Of a stretch of 64,000 nucleotides of DNA, positions 1-12,217 are shown piece after piece. This DNA is from Eledone cirrhosa (Eukaryota). A model generated the notes under the pieces. The model made no database searches and had not been told where the DNA came from. It saw only the letters and a program-made list of their open reading frames with translations. The DNA is taken from positions 32,240,001 through 32,304,000 of the forward strand of contig OZ024755.1 in NCBI GenBank assembly GCA_964016885.1. Direction: 5' to 3'. Numbering within the stretch: the first letter of the stretch is position 1; the number at the start of each line of letters is the position of its first letter. The position numbers were made by a program, and so were the translations under genes.

Positions 1-198
1 TCTTTTTTTAAAATGTATCATGGATTACTTTATTGATTACAGAAGAGAGTGTAATGCAGACTTCATTCAATTTCTGTGTATATTGTCAATTACGATTCAT
101 TTGATGTATCATATCGATATGCATATATACTTGCGTATAATATCAATATGTACTCTACACATGCTGGCAGAAAACAACCCGAAGGGTGGTTTTTCTAC
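1..198 (+). mobile_element. 3' end of a Helitron copy (same family as 25250-27627)
   Basis: 1-198 aligns by eye with 27460-27627 (gattacagaagagagtgtaa... vs gattacagaagacagtgtaa...). Terminal hairpin gcagaaaacaaccc-gaa-gggtggtttttct; the CTAG end is degenerate. Confidence 0.7.
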
Positions 199-574
199 TT
201 TTCCAAAGAAAAGTACATACACAGTGAATAAAAAAAAATACTAGCTCCATTTATATTTTTGTGTACATTATACATTTTTTGACAAAAACTTATGAAAACC
301 TGAATACATTTAGTTCTTCTTCCACATATTCCTGAGAGGGTCGTGGGGGCAGAGCCCTCAAACACCCCCTCCAGCAGGTCCTGTCAGAAGCAACTGTCTT
401 CAACTGATCCAGATGGATCCCTAAGTGTGACCAGCCAAGCTCATGGATGTTATCCAACCATGTTGCTCGGGATCCACCCCTGGGTCTTTCGCCGGTTGGT
501 TTTGCCCGTAAAATCTGTCAATTCTTTCCTGTTCAAACAATATATCAAAGAATCGCTGTCTTCTGATGTTTCTG

Positions 575-1170
575 TTCAGAGTTGCAGCTCATGTTCCAAG
601 TGATCTGCATTTGAATCCATGCATCTTTTGAGACGCATAATAAAGTTTACATCTTTACAAACAGACCTAGAGAGGGCTCTCTTCTCCTCCTTGATGTTTT
701 CCCTTAGTTCAGTGATGGTCCTGGGTTTGTTGACATACCTTATTCTTCAGATAGCCCCCCTCCCCCACCACCAAAGAAAGAAATGTGGACATAGACCAGG
801 ACTGGGAGGTGGAGGTGTGTGTGGTGGGGGGGGGGGCACTCAAGATCAGTCTTCAAACTGATCATACGGTTTCCAAAGTTATTTTTCAACCATTTTCATA
901 ACACATGATCTGTAATTCCTTTTTAAGTCTTCCTTTGTAACTGACACCAGAAGTGACAGATGAATGACCAATCAACACTCTCTTAGAAATGGCTGCCCAA
1001 ATGGAGAGGTTTCACAGTCACTTCAGTGGGTTTCTCTGACTCCCAGAACATATTGTTCTTAGAGTTGATCTTCTTCTCTAACTGAACGTTTGTCAGAGGT
1101 CTGCAGAAAATTGGGGTTGTTTTCTTTCTTCTCCAGCATTTTCTCAGCTGTACATTTTGTCTTGGTCATA
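575..1170 (-). pseudogene. Decayed Tc1/mariner-superfamily transposase (DDxD type, rosa/maT-like)
   Basis: Minus-strand translation across frameshifts gives KINSKNNMFWESEKPTEVTVKPLH..WAAISKR and FFLW..YLKN..YVNKPRTITELRENIKEE...RLKRCMDSNADHLEHEL. These match the W..E.P..KPLH and FFLWGYLK..VY..KP motifs of mariner-like transposases. Confidence 0.7.
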
Positions 1171-1174
1171 AGAA

Positions 1175-2035
1175 CTCATGGATGTTATCCAACCATTTTA
1201 CTTGGGGTCTCCTGCCAGCGGGAATATTTGGTGGCGAGTGTCAATCCATGCCTCTTTTCTAAGTGAACTGTTCGTTTTAAAGGCAGGTCCGTTTTTTAGG
1301 ATCGTCTATGGTCAAGAATGAAATAAGCAGTTTAAGGGTACATACATTTTATAGGATATCCTATGGTAAGTTAAACCATAGTCAATGCCTGCCTGGCATG
1401 CTAAATAAGCAGTACTAACCATAAGATCTCCTACAGTTAATGCCTGCCTAGCAGAACAATATGTTCTGGCGCTCAGAGAAACCCACTAAAAGCAGTTTAA
1501 GGGCATAAATTTCTCGTAGGATCCTCTACGCCCATCGAAACCATAGTCTGTGTCTACTTAGAGTGTAAAAGGAGCAGTTTAAGGACGTATACTTCTTGTA
1601 CAATCATCCAGCTAAGCCCCGGTGAAGGCCAAGTGAGGTGATTGAAGCAGTTTAAGAATGTGAACGTCTCGTAGGATCCTCTATAGCCAACTAAACCCTG
1701 GTCGATGCCATGTAAACAGTTTAAGGGTGTAAACATTTACGTCCATCCCTTTGGATTACCTGCGGCCAACTATACGCTGGTCAGTAGCTGAAGAAACACG
1801 TCACTAATGTTGCTGTACTATCTATCGTCTATATGGGATAAGTGATTGTTCATTGTTATCCAATCATTTTACTTGGGGTCTCCTGCCAGCGGGAATATTT
1901 GGTGGCGAGTGTCAATCCATGCCTCCTTTCTAAGTGAACTGTTCGTTTTAAAGGCAGGTCTATTTATGAATATATAGAAACAGAATGAGAGTGGGGTAAC
2001 ACGCGGAATATATTTTAAGGTGTGTTATCTCACTG
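1175..2035 (+). repeat. Degenerate copy of the left arm of the 29141-38625 unit (~65-75 bp imperfect repeats plus a ~105-bp direct duplication)
   Basis: Repeats aagcagtttaagggcgtaaacatctcgtaggatcctcta... match 29700-30350. 1970-2035 matches the hairpin at 30499-30573. 1183-1289 is duplicated at 1855-1960. Confidence 0.65.
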
Positions 2036-2190
2036 TCTTCTTGGTCACAAACTATCATCAAACAACAATGGAATGGTTGCTGTGCAGTATCACATCGCTC
2101 TAGGTTGGGCAGCTTTCAACAAGAACAAGGAGGTACTAACATCAAAACGATTTTCCTATCATTTGAAGGCTAGGATCTTTGATTCAAAGG
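2035..2190 (+). pseudogene. RTE-clade LINE reverse transcriptase C-terminal fragment
   Basis: LGHKLSS...HIALGWAAFNKNKEVLTSKRFSYHLKARIFDS resembles the RTE YLG...RI..GWAAF..L...LK.RIF segment. Confidence 0.55.
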
Positions 2191-2832
2191 GTCAGCCTTG
2201 TCACTTGCCACACAGTGTCATACTGAATCTTCCTGAGAACTACATCAAGGGGCACATGTCTGTAGAATGCTCAGCTATTTGCACGTTAATGTAACAAGCA
2301 AGCTGTTTCATTGATCACATCAATTGTAACCCTCATTGTCGGATCTGACAGAGATCCAAAATTCCTGCTGCCAAATCTCCTAACACACTATAATTTAATC
2401 AGATAGGCCCTCAAAACAGGTCCTCGTTAATTTAATATGTTGATTATCAAAATTAGATGAGGAAAAACTGGCTTCACTCCATGTCTCACAAACACCAACT
2501 AGCTATTTCTAGAAAGTCATGCTGTCTTTAGAAGTTTGAATTAAGTTATTGATAAATTATGCAACAATTTTATTTCTGAATAGCTGCACTTGTTTCATGT
2601 GAAACTTGATATGTGACGGAGAAATGGAAACTACTGCATTAGGCTATCTATATATCTTTTAGCAAGTTACTAACAACAATTTACAAATAAATCTTATATG
2701 AATCGAAGCAATTTTTAATTTGGTAAAAAATAGATCAATTTGCATTTGTAAATTATTATCAAACAGAAAAATTAAATTTTATTAAAATTTAGTAAAACTA
2801 ATAGTTTAAAAAAATTATAGTTTTATCATTAA

Positions 2833-3030
2833 TAATAATTGTTTCTACTTTTGGCACAAGACCAGCAATTACCTCAGTGCATTACTGGTACTTTATTTTA
2901 TCGACCCCCGTAAGGATGAAAGGCAAAGTTAACCTTGGCGGGATTTGAACTCAGACCATAAAGGGCCGTAACTCTATGCTGCAAAGCATGGTGTCTGACC
3001 CTCTACCAATACTGCCAATCCACTGCCCTT
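2833..3030 (-). mobile_element. tRNA-derived SINE with Meta-like central domain (family A)
   Basis: Minus strand: A box tggcagtattggt, B box gagttcaaatccc, central ttaactttgcctttcatccttacggggtcgataaaataaagtaccag, (ATT)n tail. More than 20 similar copies in the window. Confidence 0.85.
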
Positions 3031-3099
3031 TATCATCAATAATAATAAATCTTTGTTTTTTCCTTTTGTAAAGTTTCTCTAGCAATCGGTTGCCAGGTG

Positions 3100-3735
3100 A
3101 AGCATTTTAATTGATCTCAGATCAGTCCCTGATCTCAGAGACTTAATATATCATGTAAGATTCTGGCAGTGCCAGTGGTGGTAGAAATTTGGGTACTGCC
3201 TATGAAGTTAAGGGATCCAAAGTCTTTTGATGAAAGATGTGAGACATTTAGGGACTGTACCCAATGATGATTGGCAGGATTTCTGTCTCGACATAGTGAT
3301 CAGTTCTAACAGTGCCTGCAAGGTCTACATACTTATTGATCTTTTCCATTTCCTTTTCAGCCACATTGTGGTCTTGAGGGATCGCAATGCCAATGAGAGT
3401 TTATTTGGGTGGGGTTGGTTGTTTTTACAACAATATCTGGGTAGTTGCATTTGGACTTTGTTTGTGGTCTTGATCTCAAGGTCCCAAAATAACTCTACTG
3501 CTCACCTGATAGGCAGGATTCACAAGGAGTATGTTGATATCACTGACGTGTTTCTTTGTATTTTTCACATAACTCCCAATAGACTCTTTTTGCTATAAGA
3601 TCATGCCAGATTTTATAACATCTTTTTGCTAATTGCTGACATCAACTCGCAATATGTGTCACAGATTAATCTGCTTTATGGCACACTCTGCAGAGTGGGG
3701 AGCAATATTAGTTCTGAATACCTGGTCTTGTGCAG
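3100..3735 (-). pseudogene. R4/Dong-like non-LTR retrotransposon 3' remnant (CCHC knuckle plus restriction-like endonuclease)
   Basis: Minus translation with disruptions: AAQDQVFRTN..LCRVCHKAD.SVTHIAS.C..LAKRCYKIWHDLIAKRVYWELCEKYK...LFWDLEIKTT...YPDIVVK...IPQDHNVAEKEMEKINKYVDLA...ILPIIIG...GTARILHDILSL*. Confidence 0.75.
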
Positions 3736-3736
3736 C

Positions 3737-4476
3737 AATAATTGTTTCTACTTTTGGCACAAGGCCAGCAATTATCCCAGTGCATTACTGGTACATTATT
3801 TTATAGACCCCCCTGTAATAATTGTTTCTACTTTTGGCACAAAGCCAGCAATTATCCCAGTGCATTACTGGTACTTTATTTTATAGTCCCCGTAATAATT
3901 GTTTTTACTTTTGGCACAAGGCCAGCAATTATTCCAGTGTATTACTGGTACTTTATTTTATAGTCCCCGTAATAATTGTTTTTACTTTTGGCACAAGGCC
4001 AGCAATTATTCCAGTGTATTACTGGTACTTTATTTTATAGTCCCCGTAATAATTGTTTTTACTTTTGGCACAAGGCCAGCAATTATTCCAGTGTATTACT
4101 GGTACTTTATTTTATAGTCCTCGTAATAATTGTTTCTACTTTTGGCACAAGGCCAGCAATTAATCCAGTGTATTACTGGTACTTTATTTTATAGTCCCCG
4201 TAATAATTGTTTTTACTTTTGGCACAAGGCCAGCAATTATCCCAGTGTATTACTGGTACTTTATTTTATAGACCCCCCGTAATAATTGTTTCTACTTTTG
4301 GCACAAGGCCAACAATTATCCCAGTGCATTACTGGTACTTTATTTTATCGACCCTGCAAAGATGAAAGGCAAAGTTAACTTCGGCGGGATTTGAACTTGA
4401 ACTCAGACTGTAAAGGGACGTAACTCTATGCTGGAAAGCATGGCGTCCAATGCTGGACCGATACTGCCAATCCACC
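3737..4476 (-). repeat. Family A SINE preceded by ~7 tandem 77-bp copies of its 3' half
   Basis: Unit taataattgtttctacttttggcacaaggccagcaattatcccagtgcattactggtactttattttatagtccccg recurs about every 77 bp. The last copy (4280-4476) continues into the full SINE head. Confidence 0.9.
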
Positions 4477-4631
4477 CAGTAATAATTGTTTCTGGGAAGA
4501 AGTAGAAAGAAGAAAGGGTTTGAGAAGATGAAAGAATGATGGTGGGGTAGATCTAGTGGTAGAGGTGGGGATGCGTTGACCATTTAATAGTGGACAGAAT
4601 AGTGTTTAAGGGGTGGGGGTAAGATTTAAGG

Positions 4632-4806
4632 AATAATTGTTTCTACTTTTGGCACAAGGCCAGCAATTACCCAGTACATTACTGGTACTTTATTTTATCG
4701 ACCCCGTAAGGATGAAAGGCAAAGTTAACCTCGGCGGGATTTGAACTCAGAATGGCAAGGGCCGTAACTCTATGCGTCAAAGCATGGCGTCCAACCCTCT
4801 ACCGAT
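4632..4806 (-). mobile_element. Family A SINE
   Basis: Same motifs as 2833-3030; flanked by a gatttaaggaataat duplication. Confidence 0.85.
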
Positions 4807-4854
4807 TTAAGGAATAATGAGATGCGATAGCAAAGCAGAGGGATGGTGACAAAA

Positions 4855-4990
4855 AGGAGGGGGTGATTACGCTGACTTAGGAAGGAAGGGGTGATTACGT
4901 TGACTGAGGAAGGAGGGGATGATTACGTCGACTGAGGGAGGAAGGGGTGATTATGTCGACTGAAGAAGGAAGGGATGATTACGTGAAGTA
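4855..4990 (+). repeat. ~29-bp imperfect minisatellite
   Basis: gaaggaaggggtgattacgttgactga repeated 4-5 times. Confidence 0.7.
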
Positions 4991-5096
4991 ATAGTAATAA
5001 TAGTAATACTAACAATAAATGTATTAGTATTAACAGTGTTAGGCTAGTTAGATAACTAGGGTTGTCTCGCTCACACACACATCCAGGCAATGCTTT

Positions 5097-6110
5097 CATC
5101 ATCATCATCAACGTTTAACGTCCGTGTTCCACGCTTGCATGGGTTTGGACGGGGGTAGTCCCACTTGAGGCAAGAGTGATTGTCTTGCTCGCATAGGACT
5201 GTCTGGCAGGTTTTCTACAGTTGGATGCCCTTCCTAACACCAACCACATTTACAGTGTGGGTCTGGGAGGTTTTTACCGTGTTGCCTACACGGCCACATT
5301 ACAGCGTGGACTGTGTGTTTTTTTGTCGTGACACCTACACGATCTCATTTGTTTCGGCCTCGATGGCGCGGCACCAACATAACTTTACATAGAACGGGGT
5401 GGTGTGGATCGGGTGGGGGTGGTGGTGGTGGGACGGGGTGTCTTTTGTTAGAGATGCCTACTGGTTGGAGTAGGTTTTACTATATATTTAGGTAAGGCGG
5501 GTCTTCTCTGTTACTGAGTACCGCCAAAGGTCTCGGTCCAGTGACATTGTCTTGGAGAGGTGTAAGTGTGTGATGTCGGAGTTTATCAGCTCGTCCCAGG
5601 TTTTTCTAGGTCTGCCTATTCCGTGACTACCGTCTATCTTTATTACCCTGCACTTTGTTATACAGCTATCGACTTTCATGCGCATCACGTGTCCATACCA
5701 ACGTAGCCTTCTCTCGAGTAAACAACATCTGATCCCTCTTATCTCTAATTTTTTCCTTAGTTCGTTTATGCTTTGCCGTTCACGTATATTACTGTTACAC
5801 ATCCAGCGGAGCATGCAAGCTTCGTTCCTCTCTAGTCTGCGTATATCCTCTGCACACAATGCCCAGGTCTCACTGCCATGCAGCATTGCTGTTCGTATGC
5901 AGGCATCGTACAACCTGCCTTTCATTTTTAGTGAGAACCCTTTAGCAGCTAATAGTGGTATAAGCTCTCTGAACTTTTTCCAACCAGTTCTGACTCTAGC
6001 TACAGTACTTTCAGAGCACCCTCCCCCACTGCTGATTTTATCGCCCAGGTAACGGAAGCTGTCCACTATTTCTATAGAACCCTCTGCGCAATTGAAAGAG
6101 CTAGTATTTT
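5097..6110 (-). mobile_element. 5'-truncated RTE-clade LINE (RT C-terminus, 3'UTR, (GAT)n tail)
   Basis: ORF 5488-6066: FRYLGDKIS...RVRTGWKKFREL...MLHGSETW...RRLRWYGHVMR...GRPRKTW. The 3'UTR ends ...catgcaagcgtggaacacggacgttaaacgtt(gat)n. Confidence 0.9.
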
Positions 6111-6374
6111 GTGGGCACTTGCTGCTACTTATTGCTGCTACTTATATGCTTTATGTATATATATATATACACACGCATATACAGCCCAGATCGTGACACA
6201 GGTGCCTATATGTAAATATATACATATGTACATATGCACTCATATGTACACATATACACATATACATGCAGAAACCCCCATATATATATATATATATACA
6301 CACATACACACACACATACATACATAGACACAGACACATATACACACACAAATAGATATATATATATATAATCC

Positions 6375-7592
6375 TCATCATCATCACTATTTAACGTCCA
6401 TTTTTCCATGCTAGCATGGGTTAGACAGGTTGGGTTAGGTGACCATGTCTTGCTCACCCAGAATTGTTTCTGACTAGGTTTCTTGGCTGGATTCCCTAAC
6501 GCCAAGCACTGGGTGCTTTTTGTTGTGACACCTACATGACCACTTTACAGTGTGGGCTGGGTGCTTTTTGTTGTGACACCCACACAACCACTTTACAGTG
6601 TGGGCTGGGTGCTTTTTGTTGTGACACCTACACGACCACTTTACAGTGTGGGCTGGGTGCTTTTTGTTGTGACACCCACACGACCACTTTACAGTGTGGA
6701 CTGGGTGCTTTTTGTCGTGACACCCACACGACCACTTTACAGTGTGGGCTGGGTGCTTTTTGTTGTGACACCTACACGACCACTTTACAGTGTGGGCTGG
6801 GTGCTTTTTGTCGTGACACCCACACGACCACTTTACAGTGTGGACTGGGTGCTTTTTGTCGTGACACCCACACGACCACTTTACAGTGTGGGCTGGGTGC
6901 TTTTTGTTGTGACACCTACATGAACACTTTACAATGTGGGCTGGGTGCTTTTTGTCGTGACACCCACATGACCACTTTACAGTGTGGACTGGGTGCTTTT
7001 TGTCGTGACACTTACACGACCACTTTACAGTGTGGGTTGGGTGCTTTTTGTTGTGACACCTACACGACCACTTTACAGTGTGGGCTGGGTGCTTTTTGTC
7101 GTGACACCCACATGACCACTTTACAGTGTGGACTGGGTGCTTTTTGTTGTGACACCCACATGACCACTTTACAGTGTAGGCTGGGTGCTTTTTGTCGTGA
7201 CACTTACACGACCACTTTACAGTACGGGCTGGGTGTTTTTTGTCGTGACACCCACATGACCACTTTACAGTGTGGACTGGGTGCTTTTTGTCGTGACACC
7301 CACACGACCACTTTACAGTGTAGGCTGGGTGCTTTTTGTCGTGACACCTACACAACCACTTTACAGTGTGGACTGGGTGCTTTTTGTCGTGACACTTACA
7401 CGACCACTTTACAATGTGGGCTGGGTGCTTTTTGTCGTGACACCTACACGACCACTTTACAATGTGGGCTGGGTGCTTTTTGTCATGACACCTACACAAC
7501 CACTTTACAATGTGGGCTGGTTGCTTTTTGTCGTGACACTTACACGACCACTTTACGGTGTGTACTAGGCGCTCTTTGTCATGACACCTACT
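6375..7592 (-). repeat. RTE-type 3' tail expanded into a 48-bp minisatellite (~22 copies)
   Basis: Unit cactttacagtgtgggctgggtgctttttgtcgtgacacctacacgac (6510-7590) directly abuts an RTE-type tail at 6375-6505. The unit is homologous to the RTE 3'UTR at 5245-5340. Confidence 0.9.
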
Positions 7593-8055
7593 AAGAATGT
7601 AGATGAAGTGTCGGAAACAGAAACTAAGAATGTTTTGAAAAAGTCCGAAAAAATCTATATAATTATTGTAACAGAATTCTACTATGTTTTACCTGGTGAA
7701 AATTCGAAACCGAATCTAAAAGTTCACGCCTCTAGAACCACCTATTGTTAGGAATTCTCATCATTGTCCTGTCAAGAGACATCTATGATAGATGTATATA
7801 CAACTTGACCTGTGACCCCAGGTACTTGACAGATGAAACACACATAGCTACTAAATCAACCCATATACACATCCTTCTAGCTATAGGAACAACGTATGCT
7901 TAGGATGCACACAGAGTAGGTTTTATTATATTGTTCACTTCTCCACTTTATCTATTATTTCACTTTCCTTTCATTTCTCTACTACTGTAAAATACAACAC
8001 AACTTTTACTATATCGACCTCTGAATTTCATTTTTTTCTTTAAATTATGGAATTA

Positions 8056-8200
8056 TCTATATATCTAAAACAGAGAATGTCTGTCTGTCTGACTCCCTAA
8101 AACTCAAGAACCACCCAACCGATTGTTTTCAAACTTTCCACATGTAATACTTATTGTCCTGTGAGTGTTTTTCAATGCCCTAGGGACCGCATTAGGCAAT
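8056..8200 (+). mobile_element. 5' portion of a non-autonomous Helitron-like element
   Basis: a|TCTATATATCTAAAA followed by (TGTC)n and an aaccgatt...aaactt core. Confidence 0.45.
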
Positions 8201-8551
8201 TTAGCAGTCTCTCTATATAATTCTTAGTCTTTCTTTTTAGATAGATACATAGATATAACATTGCGCCCTTACAATATCTGTCTGTATGTCTGCATTACAA
8301 CATAATGACGTCGCTATCTCTGTGTGTGTGTATATATGTATATATATAGTGTGTGTATATATATATATATATAGTGTGTAACATTTTTCAAAATATTTAC
8401 TTCTGCGTGCACAGATTGATTTTTTTTCAGAAGATCCCATTAAGAGTGAAAGCAGCGATTCTTTGCTTAAACTTGAATCTGTTATTTTAATATATATATA
8501 TATATATAGTCCTACCCTTGCAAGCAGGGAAAAGCGGACGTAAAATGATGA

Positions 8552-8586
<35 letters not shown>

Positions 8587-8951
8587 TATATTCGTGTATA
8601 GATATTTTTGCATACACAATAACAAAATAGAAACAAACATATTTATTTCACGAGGCTCGATAATGATAAATATATATTCAAGTATATATAAGAACCCTAA
8701 AGCAAATCCCGAGCACCAGTGGACCATTCCTTATAAATGCTGTTGTACAGCTGCAGGCCAGTCATTCTGATTAATACTTGGAATAGTTGAAATTAATAAA
8801 TATTGATAAATATTCTATATGGATACTGAGATCTATATTTACGTTTATAAGCCATATCTATTTACCATGATAACCTCACCCCACTCGACTTCCCAATATA
8901 TATATATATCATCACCATGGTAACCTCACCCCCCTCTACTTCCCAATATAT

Positions 8952-9420
8952 ATCATCATCATTGTCGTTTAACGTCCATCTTCCACGCTAGCATGGGTAA
9001 GACGGTTTTGTTCCATTTGATGCGAGACCATGTCTTGCTCACACGGAAGTGTCCCTGGCAGGATTTTTACAGCTGGATGCCCTTCCTAACACCAACCACA
9101 TTTACAGTGTGGACTGGGAGCCTTTTTACCGTGTCTCCTACACGGCCACCTTACAGTGTGGACTGTTGTGTCATCGACATAGTGGACGGAATGGAAATGG
9201 GAGGATGGGGTACGGTGGGGTGTACATTGGGTTAAGAGGTACCTACTGACTGTAGGTTTGTATGCAAGGGAAGGCAAGTCTTCTGTACAACTGCATGGCA
9301 CCAAAGATCTCGATCCACTGACATTGTCTTAGAGAGGTGTGAGCAAGGTCAATTTTTATCACCTTGCCCCAGGGTTTTCTTGGTCTACCCACTCTGTAGC
9401 TTCTATCAATTTTCATTGAT
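8952..9420 (-). mobile_element. RTE LINE 3' fragment
   Basis: KIDRSYRVGRPRKPWGKVIKIDL plus a 3'UTR and tail homologous to 5097-5640. Confidence 0.8.
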
Positions 9421-9953
9421 ATATGGGAAAAAGAGCAAAAAGTATTCAAATCTGCATATCAAATTTGCATACACACACTTACACACACACACATACATAC
9501 ATGCACACACAAACATATACTTACATAATCCTTACGATGTTATTTCTAATTATTTTTAGTTAGAAAAATGTTGCTTACACCAAAACAAATAAAATACAAA
9601 GATAGAAGTTTCACCAAAATATTGCTCAATTATACCTAAAGAAGATCAACTCTACAGTTATTTTATTTAAACTTTTCCAAAAGTCATTATCAATAACTTA
9701 ATCATGCATGATAAGAAAAAATTATTTATATCTTCCTTGTAAAACTTTTCACTTTTCCTCATTAATATTGAACCACTCAGCTAAACCATGACAGATTAGG
9801 AAGATAGCTTCCCTCCCCCCAAGAAACATTGCAAATATTTTCTTTAAAGTTTATCCTATTTTCATTTTATAAGTTTGAATTAAAAATCAAAAACATTTAT
9901 TCCTAACATAAGAAAATAAGAAATCAATAAGTCTTTAATTTGTTTATATTAAA

Positions 9954-10080
9954 ATAATTGTTACTACTTTTGGCGCAAGGCCATCAATTACCCAGTACAT
10001 TACTGGTACTTTATTTTATCGACCCCGTAAGGATGAAAAGCAAAGTTAACCTCGACGGGATTTGAACTCAGACCATAAAT
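9954..10080 (-). mobile_element. Family A SINE (5'-truncated)
   Basis: Central domain, B box and tail motifs. Confidence 0.8.
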
Positions 10081-10293
10081 AATGATCATTTTTTAATATT
10101 TTGTTCTGACCTTGTTGCTGTAGTTGTAATTAGTGCTCATAGTAAAGAATGTGAGATATTTTTGACGAGTTGGTTGCAAGTTATTCCATTTCAATATCGA
10201 GCAAGACTTCTCATTAAATTAGCACCAACTCAAACATAAAATTATTGGCTTCAGGTATTACAAACTAGCAATGAAATTTCTGCATCCAAAGAA

Positions 10294-11339
10294 TTTAAAA
10301 TAAAAAAGATCGAAAGATCTATTCTCTGACTATTTTGGCAGCCATCTTGGTAGTTGAGAAGCTATCTCATTATGTGTTGACTGAGAAATACCTTCAGGGG
10401 CAAGCAATTTGTAATTGAGAGTCAAGTGTATGTGTAATGCCATATCTTTCCAAAGCCACTGTTTGTCTTTTTTTTCTTTCTTTTTCTTCCCTTGATTTTA
10501 AGTGTTCACATTTTACTGGAGAGAAAATGGAAAGCATCTTTCCATAAAGTTCCTGCTGTTAATCACCGTCTACTCTAATCAGTAAATTGTTAAGAACACC
10601 ACATCATACTTTCCTTCTTTAATGCCTTGAGATTGTTTATTTGTTTCATCAATGAAGCTTAAAGTAATATTAAAGGTTGATGCTTGAATAAAATTAACTG
10701 CTTTCGAACTCTGAGGCAAAGTAGCAAGAGAATGCTCCATCATGTGAACGTTTTCACTCAAGATACGGGTTATGATGGAGGTAAAGGAAAAACCCTAACT
10801 ATATATATTATGTTCCTGGAGATGGTAAATGCTGTACAGTAGAATTAATCTTCCAGTGTGCTCAGTCAATAACTTGGTTTCATAACCCAACTGTGGTTAT
10901 TTTATTTTATATATATTGCTAGTAATGTTTGAGATAGATATGGACATCATACAATTTTGTTTTTATAGCTTTTTATGTCTAGGTAAGAAACATACAAGTT
11001 GAAGGTATTACTGGTTAATTCTATTTAGGCACATATTTGCTTTCCTTCTGTGAAAAACACATTTTTCTCTTTCTTTCTTTTCTTATTCTTGTCTATCCTT
11101 CTATTTTTTCTGTCTTTCATTCTATCTTTTGAATAAGGACTTATGTTCGAAAGACTCTTTTCCAACTATATCAAGCATGAAACTAATATATATCATTATT
11201 GTACTTTATTGTTCTTCCATGTTGTTTTTCTTTGTTGACATTATATATATGTATATATATTATGAAGATGGCTGCCAAACTACCAAGATGGCTGTCAAAA
11301 TAGTCAGAGAAGAGATCATTCGATCTTTTTTATTTTAAA
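10294..11339. mobile_element. ~1.05-kb segment bounded by ~60-bp inverted repeats (possible non-autonomous DNA transposon)
   Basis: tttaaaataaaaaagatcgaa...ctgactattttggcagccatcttggtagtt (10294-10356) is the reverse complement of 11278-11339. Both outer ends carry TTAA. Confidence 0.5.
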
Positions 11340-11509
11340 CAGCAAGAGCTCAGCCATCGGGGGATGGCTGAACTCTTGTTGTTTCAGTAGCTAGTTCCAG
11401 ATATTATAATATAACCATACTCTACTACCCCAAATATTGAGTACTCTGGTGAGTAATTGTCTAAACAGTTTCAAACTGAAACCATACTGATCTCTCTCTC
11501 TCTCTCCCC

Positions 11510-11552
<43 letters not shown>

Positions 11553-11714
11553 AGATTGGGTAAAGTTCTATACAAAACAGAATCCATGAAAAAATATTTC
11601 ATAAGATTGTTATATCAATTGAAACTGATTATATTTGATGCAACGATTATAAAATTATTCATTCTGTATAAAAATATTAAAACAAGCAAATTTAACAATC
11701 AAAATCCCCAATAG

Positions 11715-12095
11715 GGGGGAGGCGTTACAAATTGGTTGCTTAATACCCTGTCGATAGAACAACCCTTCAGGAGCGTGTTGTGCAAGTGCTCCTTTCTTCC
11801 TTTTGCTCTCATCTTCAACCTACAGGTTTATATACAGAGAAAGCCCAATCACCCACCTTTCAGAAAATTTACTGGGGTGCAGTGCCTCTCTCTCCACTCT
11901 GATTCTCCTTCTAAAGTGGCGGTTTGATCCTTACTATGGACTTGGCAGTCAACTGGATTTGTCCCATACGCAACAGCAGTTGTTCTGCATAGTTCCACAG
12001 GTCGGTTACGCCCGGGCAGTGTACAAGACGGTTTGAATGTCTTACTCGCACCTTGGACATGTCCTCTTGGAAGGATCCCTGCTGGGGCCCTTTAC
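11715..12095 (-). pseudogene. L1/Tx1-like ORF2 C-terminal remnant
   Basis: LVHCPGVTDLWNYAEQLL...SIVRIKPP resembles the post-zinc-knuckle H/L...CP.....W segment of L1/Tx1 ORF2. GC content is higher than the flanks. Confidence 0.45.
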
Positions 12096-12217
12096 AGTGA
12101 AAATACAATAGCATATATAAAGTAATGTAAATGCTAAAGGGTTAATATACTTCTGTGTATTTTTACCTTCACTTTTTAACTCTTTCTTTCTTTCTCTCTC
12201 TCTCTCTATATATATAT

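Noticed and set aside
6474-7594. Long Cys/His-rich ORFs (341 and 352 aa), also 14380-15276
   Set aside because: Open only because the 48-bp retroposon-derived unit lacks stops; several frames and both strands are open.
7700-7920. CIYNLTC motif suggesting a GIY-YIG fragment
   Set aside because: Too short and degenerate to support by eye.
11338-11394. Strong hairpin followed by CTAG as a Helitron 3' end
   Set aside because: Homology with 57320-57450 continues past the CTAG, so this is not the element terminus.
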